Positions 17,514 through 27,247 of a DNA stretch of 64,000 bases are shown one piece after another. Under the pieces are notes generated by a model, which saw only the letters and a program-made list of their open reading frames with translations, was not told the DNA's origin and did no database searches. The position numbers and the translations under genes are program-made. The stretch lies in the NCBI GenBank assembly GCA_030647775.1, contig JAUSJC010000005.1, positions 3,911 to 67,910 of the forward strand, read 5' to 3'. The DNA comes from Candidatus Curtissbacteria bacterium (GTDB taxonomy: Bacteria; Patescibacteriota; Microgenomatia; Curtissbacterales; GWA2-41-24). Numbering within the stretch: the stretch's first letter is position 1; each line of letters starts with the position of its first letter.

Positions 17514-19197
17514 TATGCGCTAGAAGCTCTTCGAAGTGTTTAGCCTTGGCTTTCTTGATTTTCGAAAGATCCTCCCAATCTTCTCCCAAAATCTTGGCGA
17601 TGTGCTTGCCCCCCAAAGTTTCCGGCACAACAACATAATCGGCGCCGAGTTCATAAAGCTTAACGGCATCATGAATCCAGTAGCTGGCGCCGATAACCGG
17701 CCCTTTATAATCTTTGCTCCTGGCAAACTTGATCAAATGGTAGCTGTCATCGACATTAACGTCTGTAACCACAATCAGCCGAGCGTGTTCAAGTTCCAAT
17801 TCTTCCAAAACTTCCGGGTCGGAAATATCCCCAAAAACCGCATTATAGCCGGAAGCCTTAAGCGTTTTAATTATCTCCGGATTAAAATCAACAACCACAA
17901 TTTGTGATTTATCTTTTATTTTCATCTTCAAAAACTGCAAAATGTCCCACCCCATCTGCTCCGCCCCAACCAAAATTACGTGGTCTTTCAAGTCCTTACG
18001 GTTTGTTACATAAGGATCGTGCTGTTTTTCCGGGAAAATTCTGGATATTGACCCCGCTAACCTTTTATAGATCTCTTCACCATATAAAATTAGGTACGAG
18101 GAAAGGGCAATTGTGACGATGGCAACAGCGGAAACCAAAGCAACCATATTAGAAGTCACATAGCCAAGAACCAGTCCCGTTGTCATTAAAATCAGCGAAA
18201 ATTCACTAATCTGGGCGACTGTAATTGAGGCCAAAAACGCAGTCCTATTCCGAAACTTCAAACTCATCATAATGGCAAAAACTATAAGTGGACCTCCAAC
18301 CAAAACGAAAAGTGAAAGGACAATAATCTGCCAAAGGTTTACCCCAAGCGACGAAAGAGGCATCGACGATCCAAGCACAATGAAGAAAATAACGATGAAA
18401 AAATCGCGGATAGGTTTGACCCGCGCGGAAATTTGAATTCTATAAGGAGAAGACGCAATGGCAAGCCCTGCCAAAAACGCACCTATTGCTGTCGAAAAAC
18501 CCATCGCTCCTGCCACGGCGGCCATCAAAAACGCCCATGCTAAGGCCGAAACAAACAATAGCTCAAGTGAAGAAGAAGTTAGCCGGAAAAGAAACCGTAG
18601 TAAGTATTTAGAAGATAAAAACGCCACGCCCGCCAAAACTATTCCCTTTAAAAGGGTTCCCAAAATCAAAAAGGCGGAAACTTGCTGATTTCCCAAGCCG
18701 GAAAGAATCATGAGAGCTAAAATAGCAACAACGTCTTGAACGATCAAAAACCCCACCGCGATCTTTCCGTGCAGGCTTTGAAGATCGTTTTTCTCCGAAA
18801 GCAATTTGATAATAATGACAGTAGATGAAAACGTTATCGCAAATGCTATGTACAAAGAAGCAAAGGTGCCAAACCCAAGCGCCGCTACCAAAATAAAACC
18901 AATAAGGGTAGTGAAAATAATTTGCCCCAGTCCAGTTAGGACCGCTGCGCGGCCTACATATTTTAAATCCTCAAATTTGAGCTCGATCCCAACTAAAAAC
19001 AACAAAAAGGCAATTCCCAAATTTGAAAGAAGTTCAAATAGGCTTTTATCAACTTCTTTAAAAATACCGAGGCTCGAGATTATAACACCGGCCAATATGT
19101 AAGCAACAATAAGGGGTTGTTTTAAAAGTTTGGCACAAATCCCCAGACCTGTTGCCAAAACCAGAAGCGCAGAAAGTTCTAAAAAGGCAGGAGGCAT
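17503..19197 (-). CDS. CPA2 cation:proton antiporter with TrkA-N domain (Kef-type)
   Basis: SSTVIIIKLL, QD, GAFLAG, QISEFS, VFGDISD. Confidence 0.92.
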   Translation of the reverse strand: MPPAFLELSALLVLATGLGICAKLLKQPLIVAYILAGVIISSLGIFKEVDKSLFELLSNLGIAFLLFLVGIELKFEDLKYVGRAAVLTGLGQIIFTTLIGFILVAALGFGTFASLYIAFAITFSSTVIIIKLLSEKNDLQSLHGKIAVGFLIVQDVVAILALMILSGLGNQQVSAFLILGTLLKGIVLAGVAFLSSKYLLRFLFRLTSSSLELLFVSALAWAFLMAAVAGAMGFSTAIGAFLAGLAIASSPYRIQISARVKPIRDFFIVIFFIVLGSSMPLSSLGVNLWQIIVLSLFVLVGGPLIVFAIMMSLKFRNRTAFLASITVAQISEFSLILMTTGLVLGYVTSNMVALVSAVAIVTIALSSYLILYGEEIYKRLAGSISRIFPEKQHDPYVTNRKDLKDHVILVGAEQMGWDILQFLKMKIKDKSQIVVVDFNPEIIKTLKASGYNAVFGDISDPEVLEELELEHARLIVVTDVNVDDSYHLIKFARSKDYKGPVIGASYWIHDAVKLYELGADYVVVPETLGGKHIAKILGEDWEDLSKIKKAKAKHFEELLAHKIF

Positions 19198-19249
19198 GTT
19201 CTTCTCGCTAAACGCTAAAAGACTGATGACTAAAGCTAAAAATCATGCG

Positions 19250-20116
19250 TTAGTCGTTTGTCGTTTTGTCGTTCAACGTCAAATAAAGCATTGCATCTTT
19301 AAGGTCTTTTGGCAAGTCCGATTCAAAAAATATCGGCTTTTCTGTTGCCGGATGGGCAAACTCCAAACTTTTGGCGTGCAAAAAAAGCCGCGGGCACCAA
19401 TTAAGGTCAAACTTTAAAAGTTTGGCGGGTGCATAAATTAAATCAGAAACCACAGCGTGGCCGATACTTTTTAAATGGACACGGATTTGATGAGTCCGGC
19501 CGGTTTTTGGACGAAGCAAAAATAGGGTGTAATCTCTGGCGTGATGTTTAAGATAATTGATCCTTGGCCTTGTCAAATTACTGTTCGAGCGAAGTCGAGA
19601 ACTATCTAACATATTACTTCTCGACTCGCTTCGCTCGCTCGAAGAATATAAAAGTTCATTAAACTTCTCCTCACTGATTTTGTATCGGTCCTCTACAACA
19701 AATTCGGTTCTCGACTCGCGTCCGCCGGCAACTACTCCGAATCTCCCAAATGAGCCAACTCTCCCAATCGACGCATCGATTTCTCCCCGATCTTTATCAA
19801 CCAACCCATGGACCAAGCCCAGATATTCTTTTTTAATTTTTCTTTCCTTAAATTGTTTTTGCAGATTGGCATATGCGCGCTCCGTCTTGGCAACAAGCAT
19901 AAGCCCCGATGTCTCCCGATCCAACCGATGGACAATGCCTGACCTACCTCCGATATTAGGATCCGACCCTTTAGATAAGACCGAACTCAAGTATTTGAGC
20001 ATCTGATCTTGAAGGGTCGGACCCTTATTCGTCTCGGATCGATTGACCACGAGCCCTGCTGGCTTATCCAAAACCAAAAGAAAGTCATCCTCGAATATAA
20101 TATTTAAATCATCCAT
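19250..20116 (-). CDS. RluA/RluD family pseudouridine synthase
   Basis: KPAGL, HRLDRETSG, TGRTHQIRVH, LFLHA. Confidence 0.95.
   Translation of the reverse strand: MDDLNIIFEDDFLLVLDKPAGLVVNRSETNKGPTLQDQMLKYLSSVLSKGSDPNIGGRSGIVHRLDRETSGLMLVAKTERAYANLQKQFKERKIKKEYLGLVHGLVDKDRGEIDASIGRVGSFGRFGVVAGGRESRTEFVVEDRYKISEEKFNELLYSSSERSESRSNMLDSSRLRSNSNLTRPRINYLKHHARDYTLFLLRPKTGRTHQIRVHLKSIGHAVVSDLIYAPAKLLKFDLNWCPRLFLHAKSLEFAHPATEKPIFFESDLPKDLKDAMLYLTLNDKTTND
19582..19650. mobile_element. In-frame empty derivative of the GIY-YIG cassette
   Basis: Ends match 60698-60719 and 60993-61019; 69 nt. Confidence 0.7.
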
Positions 20117-20131
20117 ATTACTCTTTCTACT

Positions 20132-20557
20132 TCAATGATTCGAATCATCGAAGTATTTAGGCTCGAATTTTACTAAAATTACAAAAATTAATATTAAAAT
20201 TCCTATTGTCACCGCGCTGTCTGCCAAATTAAAGCTCGGCCAGAATTTCAAATCAATAAAATCACGGACGCAACCCATCATCAACCGGTCTAAAATATTA
20301 GAAACTCCTCCGGCAACAATAAGCGCCAAAGCCAAAGAGATAATTTTCCTTTCTTGTCTTAACAGAAAATAGAAACAGACACTAACTACGACAATCGGCA
20401 CAATAAAATTTAAGATTCTCGCATTTTGAAAAAGCCCAAACGCGATTCCACTGTTACAGCTTGTGGCCAGCCTCGCCGAGTCTAGATGGACAAATTTTGC
20501 TTTAGAAACTTGGTCGAGAAAAATAATAAGCGGAATGATGAAAAGGGACAAACGCAC
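20132..20557 (-). CDS. lspA: Lipoprotein signal peptidase II
   Basis: DQVSK, NSGIAFG, GGVSNILDR, VRDFI, FNLAD. Confidence 0.92.
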   Translation of the reverse strand: MRLSLFIIPLIIFLDQVSKAKFVHLDSARLATSCNSGIAFGLFQNARILNFIVPIVVVSVCFYFLLRQERKIISLALALIVAGGVSNILDRLMMGCVRDFIDLKFWPSFNLADSAVTIGILILIFVILVKFEPKYFDDSNH

Positions 20558-20565
20558 TCTTAAAT

Positions 20566-20955
20566 CTATCTTTTCTTAAATTTACTACCCTCTTTTTTAG
20601 AATTTGCATCCTTTTCCAGTTCGCGCTCGCATTTCATGCAGTAAATTGCCGCCGGCTTGGCCAAGAGCCTTGCCGCATCTATCGGCTTTTTACAGTTTTC
20701 GCAGATTCCATAAGTGCCCTTTTTAATTTTTTCAAGCGCCTTTTCAATCTCCCCCAAATCACGTTTTAGCTGGCCTTCCAAAACCACGGTTTTTTCGTGG
20801 CTAAAAAGCTGCGCCGCATCTGTGCCCGGCTCAACTATAAGCGCCCTATCCTCCGTCGAAAAAGGGTCCTCGCGCCTAAGCCTTCTCATCTTCGAAAGGA
20901 TTGCCTCTCTGCTTTCTTCAATTAAGGTTCCAAACTTTTTGATATCAATTATCAT
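20566..20955 (-). CDS. TraR/DksA C4 zinc-finger protein
   Basis: GTYGICENCKKPI…RL…P…CMKC. Confidence 0.9.
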   Translation of the reverse strand: MIIDIKKFGTLIEESREAILSKMRRLRREDPFSTEDRALIVEPGTDAAQLFSHEKTVVLEGQLKRDLGEIEKALEKIKKGTYGICENCKKPIDAARLLAKPAAIYCMKCERELEKDANSKKEGSKFKKR

Positions 20956-21857
20956 CTGAATTTTTTAACCCCCAAAACTACCAAAAAATCATGCAGGCCC
21001 GAAATTATTTCCGAGCCTATGAATTTTATTATTTTCAAAATCTTTTTGGCAAGATAGTAAGGAGAAAGTATCACAAACCTGGCCAAATTACCACTTTCTT
21101 CAACACTTACCAAAGTCCTTTTAAATTTAAAAACAGATAAAAGAACGGCTGCCGTTACCCATTTGATATCCGCCTTGAGACTGCGGCCCGAACAAGTATG
21201 CCATAGGACAAGCGAAAACACCAAAAGCCCGATTCCCAGTGTTAGTTTATATGGCACACTGCCGAGAGTGGTTTTATCATTATTGACAAAAAACATGGCT
21301 ATTTCTAGTAGAGAAGCCGCGAAAAGATAAAAGCACGCAAAAAAACCCGGATGTCTTTTACGTTTACCAAAACGCTTCAAAATCCAAAAGATAATGAAAT
21401 AGCCAAGCGCAAAGTAGAAGGAAGGAAAATCTATTTTCTTTGGACTCAAAAAACTTATGGCAAACCGTCCAAGAAAAGTAATACTCTGCCCAAAAGCAAT
21501 CGCGGTAACTGCCAAATCGAAGATTTCAAAGAATTTAACTTTCCTGCCTCTTAGAAAAACAAAAACGGCCAAACAAAAACCCAAAAGGACACCGGCAAAA
21601 TCAATTCCGGGATAAGCGTTAAAAAAAATAAGGCGGGTCAGGGAAAAATGGTACATGTCGGGCCTGACAATAAAATCCCACAGGCGGCCGCCAGCCAAAC
21701 CTCCGATAAAAGCAACAATAACCGTATCCAAAAGCAACTCTGAATCTATAAGTTCGTGGCGGCCTGCCCTCCAAAACAAAAAGACCGCGACAAAAACAGA
21801 AAGGAGAATCACGGCCAGGTTTAAAAGACCGGGAAAATTAGCTAGGGTTGCCAACAT
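20952..21857 (-). CDS. Lgt-family membrane protein
   Basis: GGRL…G-x-DF-x-GVLLG, D…A-x-GQ…GR; clustered with lspA. Confidence 0.7.
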   Translation of the reverse strand: MLATLANFPGLLNLAVILLSVFVAVFLFWRAGRHELIDSELLLDTVIVAFIGGLAGGRLWDFIVRPDMYHFSLTRLIFFNAYPGIDFAGVLLGFCLAVFVFLRGRKVKFFEIFDLAVTAIAFGQSITFLGRFAISFLSPKKIDFPSFYFALGYFIIFWILKRFGKRKRHPGFFACFYLFAASLLEIAMFFVNNDKTTLGSVPYKLTLGIGLLVFSLVLWHTCSGRSLKADIKWVTAAVLLSVFKFKRTLVSVEESGNLARFVILSPYYLAKKILKIIKFIGSEIISGLHDFLVVLGVKKFR

Positions 21858-22026
21858 GGAAAACTGGTATATTATATATCAAACGCAGTGCAGATATAAC
21901 ATAACTTCTTTTGCCACGATGGAGAATCTATGATAGACTGGGGTTAAACCGTTCCCTCGGTTTTTTTGATCGGAAATAAGAGAGCTTATTCATAGAAAGG
22001 CTCTGCCTATTTCTTGTAAACTCGAA

Positions 22027-22500
22027 ATGACAGCAACAGCACACGCATTAATCGGGGCATCGATAGCAGCAACGTTCACAAACCCGATTATCGGCATTCC
22101 TCTGGCTTTCGTTTCGCACTTTCTGGCAGACATTGTACCCCACTGGGATGTTGGTACAAACCATAGGCAAAAAAGCGTCTTTCGCTTAAGGATTGAAGCA
22201 ACTTTTGACGTTTTACTGGGTTTTGCCCTGTCATTTCTGCTTTTTGCCAAATTTGTTGAGCCAACTTACCTTTTTGTCATGATAATAGCCGCTCAGCTCC
22301 CGGACTGGCTTGGCACACCTTATTGGCTTTTTAACCTCAAATTTCCACCGTTTTCTTGGGCATATTACATTGGCCACAAAATCCAGAGCCGCATGCAGCT
22401 TCCGTGGGGCCTAGTTACCCAAATTGCCATTGTGGGACTGATCGTTGCCACTGCAATCTGGACAACTCCGGCCAAACTCGCTCTCGCCAGCCTTATATAA
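22027..22500 (+). CDS. Membrane-bound putative metal-dependent hydrolase
   Basis: HALIG, SHFLADIVPHWD, LPD, H motifs. Confidence 0.7.
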   Translation: MTATAHALIGASIAATFTNPIIGIPLAFVSHFLADIVPHWDVGTNHRQKSVFRLRIEATFDVLLGFALSFLLFAKFVEPTYLFVMIIAAQLPDWLGTPYWLFNLKFPPFSWAYYIGHKIQSRMQLPWGLVTQIAIVGLIVATAIWTTPAKLALASLI

Positions 22501-22516
22501 ACTGACTTTCCCCTAA

Positions 22517-22697
22517 GTATCAGATTGAAATTGCCAAAAACATGGCGAAGTCGTCTCCATTAACCTTTATCCCTGCCAAATAACAATTACAGATGACGGA
22601 GACTTGAGTGAAGTGAAGATCTTAATCGAATTCAAAAAACGATTACCGAACGTTTTTGGCAAATGTTTTTCTGAAAGAAAACGTCTTAATCTGATAC
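22517..22697. ncRNA. About 180-nt fold-back structure (candidate ncRNA or MITE)
   Basis: GTATCAGATT…TTGCCAAAAAC pairs with GTTTTTGGCAA…AATCTGATAC. Confidence 0.4.
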
Positions 22698-22705
22698 AAA
22701 CTCGC

Positions 22706-23266
22706 CTACTTTGCCCGCTCAACGTAAGAAGCGTCCCGGGTATCGACGCGAATAATTTCCCCGCCCTTGATAAAGAGCGGAACTTTAACAACCAATCCGT
22801 TTTCCAAAACCGCGTCTTTTTGCGCCGCCCCGGCACTGTTGCCGCGCGCCGATCCGCCCGTTTGTGCCACTTTATAATCCAAAATTTTGGGCAGTTCTAT
22901 ATAAACCGGCTCATCGGAAATCGCAAAAAGCAAAACCTCCAAACCTTCTTTCAAAAACTTACCAAAATAACCGACCATCGCATCCCCCAAAATAAACTGG
23001 TCATATGTTTCCAAATCCATAAAATAGTAACCGACGCCATCCTGATACAAAAATTGAACTTTTTTCCTTTGGAGATTGATGTCTTGCACCTTCGCGCCGG
23101 TGATAAAAGATTTCTCAACCGTCGACCCGGTTTTTAAGTTCCTAACCTTGACCTTAATGTTGCCGCTGCCGCGGCCCATCTTGATATGTTCATACGAAAG
23201 CACCAAAAGATATTCCCCGCGTTCCTCAAAGACGATCCCGGATCGCAACTCAGTTACACTAATCAT
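22706..23266 (-). CDS. efp: Elongation factor P
   Basis: HIKMGRGSG, VKVPLFI…VDTR…YVER; start at ATG 23266. Confidence 0.96.
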   Translation of the reverse strand: MISVTELRSGIVFEERGEYLLVLSYEHIKMGRGSGNIKVKVRNLKTGSTVEKSFITGAKVQDINLQRKKVQFLYQDGVGYYFMDLETYDQFILGDAMVGYFGKFLKEGLEVLLFAISDEPVYIELPKILDYKVAQTGGSARGNSAGAAQKDAVLENGLVVKVPLFIKGGEIIRVDTRDASYVERAK

Positions 23267-23398
23267 AAAAACAACTTGCCCTTCCAAAATCCGCCATCTG
23301 GCTGACGAAGGAGGGTTCCGGCATGAAGTTCTGTAACGCTAATCATATCAGTCTGCGCTCTCTCTGCTGATTAGTCCTGAGCGCAGTCGAAGGGCTAA

Positions 23399-24904
23399 TC
23401 ATTTTTGAGAAAGCGAAAGCGCAAGATTAACTAAAGTCACCAGCGGAATACCCGTTGCTCCTTTGGACGCATAAGGCCCCTCTTGCTCTTCCCATGCGGT
23501 TGCACAAATATCCAAATGAGCCCAAGCTGTCTTTTTCCCGACAAACTCCTCCAAAAATTTACCACCCGTCTCTGTCCCGCCGCCGCGCACCGAAGAAACA
23601 TTGGCAATATCGGCAATGTAACTTTTTAACTGGTCGCGGTATTCCGCGTAGAGCGGCAGCTGCCAATACCTTTCTCCGGACTCAACACCTGTTTTTATGA
23701 CTTCATCAATAAAATTCTGCGGCCTTCCCAAAATTGCCGAGGCCCAATTCCCCAGAGCAACAATCGCCGCGCCTGTTAAAGTCGCCACGTCCACGATATA
23801 ATCCGGCTTAAATTTATTCTGCACATAAGTTAAAGCGTCGGAAAGCACCAGCCTTCCCTCCGCGTCGGTATTGATAATCTCCACAGTTTTACCCGAAAGC
23901 CCTTTTACAACATCCCCCGGCTTTGAAGCTTTTCCCGACGGCAAATTTTCCGTCAATGGTACGGCACAAACAACATTGATTTTGGGCTTAAGTTTTGCAA
24001 TTACCTCCATCGCGCCAAGACAAGCCGCCGCACCGGCCATGTCCATCTTCATCCATTCCATATTGTCACCCGGCTTGATAGAAATTCCGCCGGAATCAAA
24101 AGTGATCCCTTTACCAACCAAAGCCAAAGTTTTAGCACTGGAGCCACCCCCTAAATACCTCATTACCACAAAATAAAGGTCTTCTTCCGACCCTTTGGCG
24201 ACCGAAGCCATGATACCCATTCCCATGTCGTTGACCTGTTTTTCCGAAAATACTTCAATTTTTAATTTGTTCTCCGCGGCGATTTTCTTGGCAAACTTAA
24301 CCATGTACTCGGGAGTACAAACATTCGCCGGTAAATTAACAACCTCGCGAACCCTATCCATCGTCTCGGAAATAATGAGCCCCTTCTCTGCCCCCTCCTT
24401 GACCTTTTTCAAATCCTCTTCCGTCAAAATCTCCAGACTTTCCACTTTAACTTTCGACTTTGACTCTTCTCCTGTTTTCCTGTGCCCCGGATCAAAAATA
24501 CCGGAAGAAAATCCCACAACAACAAGCTCGGCATTTTCGCTAGCCTTCACCTCTTTTGGCAAATACAAAGAAAGGCTTTTAGCTCCCTTGGTTTGGGATT
24601 TAGAAACGGCCGCAGCAAACTGCCGAAGATAAACCGGCTCCAACTTTTCCTTTTTCCCTAAGCCAAAAAGTACAATCTTTTCAAGTGTTTTGTGTTTTTT
24701 AGGAGACACTGTAAATACTATGCCTTCGTAAAGCTTCCCGAATTTTTCCTTCTTTTTTAAAAACCTTAAAATCGCACCGTCCGTCAACCCATCAACACCC
24801 TTTGGCAAATTGCGGCCGTCACCTTCCCAAACGCCGCAAACCAAACATTCGGCGCTGATTTTGGCAATGTCAAACTTAGAAGCTGTAACTTTCACTTTCG
24901 GCAA
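23399..24904 (-). CDS. pepA: Leucyl aminopeptidase (M17)
   Basis: GKGITFDSGG, MKMDMAG, NTDAEGRL, ATLTGA. Confidence 0.96.
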   Translation of the reverse strand: MPKVKVTASKFDIAKISAECLVCGVWEGDGRNLPKGVDGLTDGAILRFLKKKEKFGKLYEGIVFTVSPKKHKTLEKIVLFGLGKKEKLEPVYLRQFAAAVSKSQTKGAKSLSLYLPKEVKASENAELVVVGFSSGIFDPGHRKTGEESKSKVKVESLEILTEEDLKKVKEGAEKGLIISETMDRVREVVNLPANVCTPEYMVKFAKKIAAENKLKIEVFSEKQVNDMGMGIMASVAKGSEEDLYFVVMRYLGGGSSAKTLALVGKGITFDSGGISIKPGDNMEWMKMDMAGAAACLGAMEVIAKLKPKINVVCAVPLTENLPSGKASKPGDVVKGLSGKTVEIINTDAEGRLVLSDALTYVQNKFKPDYIVDVATLTGAAIVALGNWASAILGRPQNFIDEVIKTGVESGERYWQLPLYAEYRDQLKSYIADIANVSSVRGGGTETGGKFLEEFVGKKTAWAHLDICATAWEEQEGPYASKGATGIPLVTLVNLALSLSQK

Positions 24905-24938
24905 TGATATAATATTGAAGCTATTTTAGCAATCTCGG

Positions 24939-25021
24939 GGGCAAGTGGCGGAATGGTATACGCGGTAGTCTCAAAAACTACTGGTCGCAAGACTGTGAGA
25001 GTTCGAATCTCTCCTTGCCCA
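24939..25021 (+). tRNA. tRNA-Leu(CAA)
   Basis: GGGCAAG/CTTGCCC acceptor, GTAGT-CTCAAAA-ACTAC anticodon arm, long variable arm, GAGAG-TTCGAAT-CTCTC T arm. Confidence 0.95.
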
Positions 25022-25035
25022 CAAACTTGACACAT

Positions 25036-25275
25036 GCGAGTATCTTTTTTTGCTTTAGCAAAAAACGTCTTAAAACTCGTGGGCGCAAGCCCGTGAGAGT
25101 TCGACTCTCTCTCTCAGCACTGACGCGTAGCTATCCTTTTTGCTTTAGCAAAAACGTGAGCGAAGCGAACTAAAAGCTATGAGCGCAAGCTCATGTGGGT
25201 TCGACTCCCACCTTGCCCACAATCAAAAGGGTTCGTTTTTCTCGTAGCGAAAAACGTCTTATCCCTCTCTCGGCA
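25036..25275 (+). pseudogene. Array of three tRNA-Leu-like 3' fragments, each interrupted by a hairpin insert
   Basis: Fragments at 25036-25119, 25122-25219 and 25228-25275 with T arms and acceptor 3' strands. Confidence 0.8.
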
Positions 25276-25330
25276 CAACTATCATCAAATTGACTTCCCT
25301 GTCTCCAAAATGCTATTTTAAAAACCAAAA

Positions 25331-25744
25331 ATGCGCGGCGAGCGACTCACGTTAGAAACGACACCCCTAGAGGCTATTTCTCAAATGGCCGAAAATAATG
25401 TTGGTGCCCAAATAGCATGTCTAAAACTTTTGGCGAATGGCGATGCCATTGACCCAGGCTTGTCTCCAGATGCAGGGTTCATTGCTCTTCTATATCTGGA
25501 TGAGCTGAACGTTTGGGGAGAACGCCTCAATAAATTCTGGCAGGATGTTTGTAATCAGGATGAAGGAGTGATGTTCGCTATTCTACGGGCTTACCAGCTG
25601 GGCGAACTTGTGGGAGTAAACCAAAATACCATCGATCATGCAATTGCCAACCACGGCGACGGTATTAATACAGATGCCGTTATTGCCGCGGTCAAAGAAT
25701 ATCTGCCCAATTTTAATCCTGCGGCAAGAGCGCATTCTACCTAA
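25331..25744 (+). CDS. Hypothetical protein next to the tRNA fragments
   Basis: 137-aa ORF with own TTGACT…TGCTATTTT promoter. Confidence 0.7.
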   Translation: MRGERLTLETTPLEAISQMAENNVGAQIACLKLLANGDAIDPGLSPDAGFIALLYLDELNVWGERLNKFWQDVCNQDEGVMFAILRAYQLGELVGVNQNTIDHAIANHGDGINTDAVIAAVKEYLPNFNPAARAHST

Positions 25745-25816
25745 CCATCAAGCTTTTGAAGCTAGTATAATTCCGGCGCGGCCGGCAATTGATGATTTGA
25801 AGAAAGTAAAAATAAA

Positions 25817-27169
25817 TTAAGCAGTCTCCGGAAGAACTTCTTGCTCAACCTTTACCTTCGCCCTTTGTTTTTCCACCCCGAAGAATTTAACCCTATCTGC
25901 CCGAAATGCCAAATCAATTTCCCCGGTCGGGCCGTTTCTGTGTTTTTGGATATCTAATTTTACTTGTTCTATTTTTTCCGCATCCGGCCGCCAGAGAAAC
26001 ATCACCACATCGGCATCCTGCTCAATTGCGCCGGATTCGCGCAGGTCGGCAAGCTGTGGCTTTCTGCTGCCTCTTTGTTCAACCGCTCTTGACATTTGCG
26101 AACATGCCAAAACCGGAATCTTAAGTTCCCTTGCCAGATTCTTTAAGCTTTGGGAAATTTCCGAAACTTCCTGTACCCTGTTTTCCAAATTCCTGCCGTG
26201 GATTAACTGCAAATAATCGACAATCAAAAGCGAAAGCCCGTGCTCTACCTGCAGACGCCTTGCCTTGGTTCTCATTTCCAGAATGTTGGCCGCCGGCGTG
26301 TCGTCAATAAAAAGCGGCGCGTCGGCTAAAATTCCCATCGCCTCCTGAAGCCTGTCAAAATCGTCATCGTCCAGTTTTCCGGTTTTAAGCCTCCAGGCAT
26401 CGACTTCCGACTGCGCTACCAGCAGTCTGTCAACCAGTTCCTCTTTGCTCATTTCCAGCGAGAATATACCGACCGGCAAACCTTCTTTGACTGCTACATG
26501 GGCCGCGATGTTGAGAGCCAGCGACGTTTTACCCTGGCCCGGACGCGATGCCAAAATTAATAAATTCGAATCCTGCATTCCGGCCAATTTCCCGTCTAAA
26601 TCCCAAAAACCGGTTGGCACGCCGCGCAGCCCTCCGGCCTTTTTATGAAGTTCGTCTAGCCTGTCAAAACTTTCAGCCAAGGCACTCTTTAAAGGTATAA
26701 AATTTTGGCGCATCTGTTCCTGCGAAAGCGCAAAGACAGCCTGCTCCGTTTCGTCCAGAATATTCCTAACATCTCCCGTTTCGTCAAAAGCCGCCTCGGA
26801 AACCTTAGCCGCAGTTGTGATGAGCTGCCTTTTTATAAAGTGGTGCCGCACAATCTGCGCGTACTGGACGATATTGGCAGCGGTCGGGACGCCGGAAGCC
26901 AGCTGGGCCAAATACGCCGCGCCACCGATATCTTCAAATCTACCTTTGCTCTTCAGTTCCGCCGTCAAGGTAATCAGGTCAATTGGCTCACGCCTTTCAA
27001 ACAAATTGAAAATCGCGCTGTAGATATCGGCATGTGCCTGCTTATAAAAATGTTCGGGCTTTAAAGTCTGGGCAACGGCGATAATAGCATCGCGGTCAAG
27101 TAAGATTGCTCCGATTATGGATTTTTCGGCTTCTAAATCTTGGGGCGGCACTCGGCCGATGTTTTTCAT
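25817..27169 (-). CDS. dnaB: Replicative DNA helicase
   Basis: SRPGQGKTS, FSLEM, IVDYLQL, DLRESGAIEQDAD, KHRNGP. Confidence 0.97.
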   Translation of the reverse strand: MKNIGRVPPQDLEAEKSIIGAILLDRDAIIAVAQTLKPEHFYKQAHADIYSAIFNLFERREPIDLITLTAELKSKGRFEDIGGAAYLAQLASGVPTAANIVQYAQIVRHHFIKRQLITTAAKVSEAAFDETGDVRNILDETEQAVFALSQEQMRQNFIPLKSALAESFDRLDELHKKAGGLRGVPTGFWDLDGKLAGMQDSNLLILASRPGQGKTSLALNIAAHVAVKEGLPVGIFSLEMSKEELVDRLLVAQSEVDAWRLKTGKLDDDDFDRLQEAMGILADAPLFIDDTPAANILEMRTKARRLQVEHGLSLLIVDYLQLIHGRNLENRVQEVSEISQSLKNLARELKIPVLACSQMSRAVEQRGSRKPQLADLRESGAIEQDADVVMFLWRPDAEKIEQVKLDIQKHRNGPTGEIDLAFRADRVKFFGVEKQRAKVKVEQEVLPETA

Positions 27170-27247
27170 AGGTTTGTTAGGTCATTAGGTTATTAGGTAA
27201 TTAGGTTCCCAATAGCCTACTAGCCTAAAAGCCCAAAAACCTTGAAG

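Noticed and set aside
22501-22516. Ghost of efp terminus (RGKS versus RAK*)
   Set aside because: Too short and lacks the stop codon; indistinguishable from chance.
25036-25219. Intron-containing or split functional tRNAs
   Set aside because: No 5' acceptor strands and no group I or bulge-helix-bulge features; the same insert occurs outside tRNAs.
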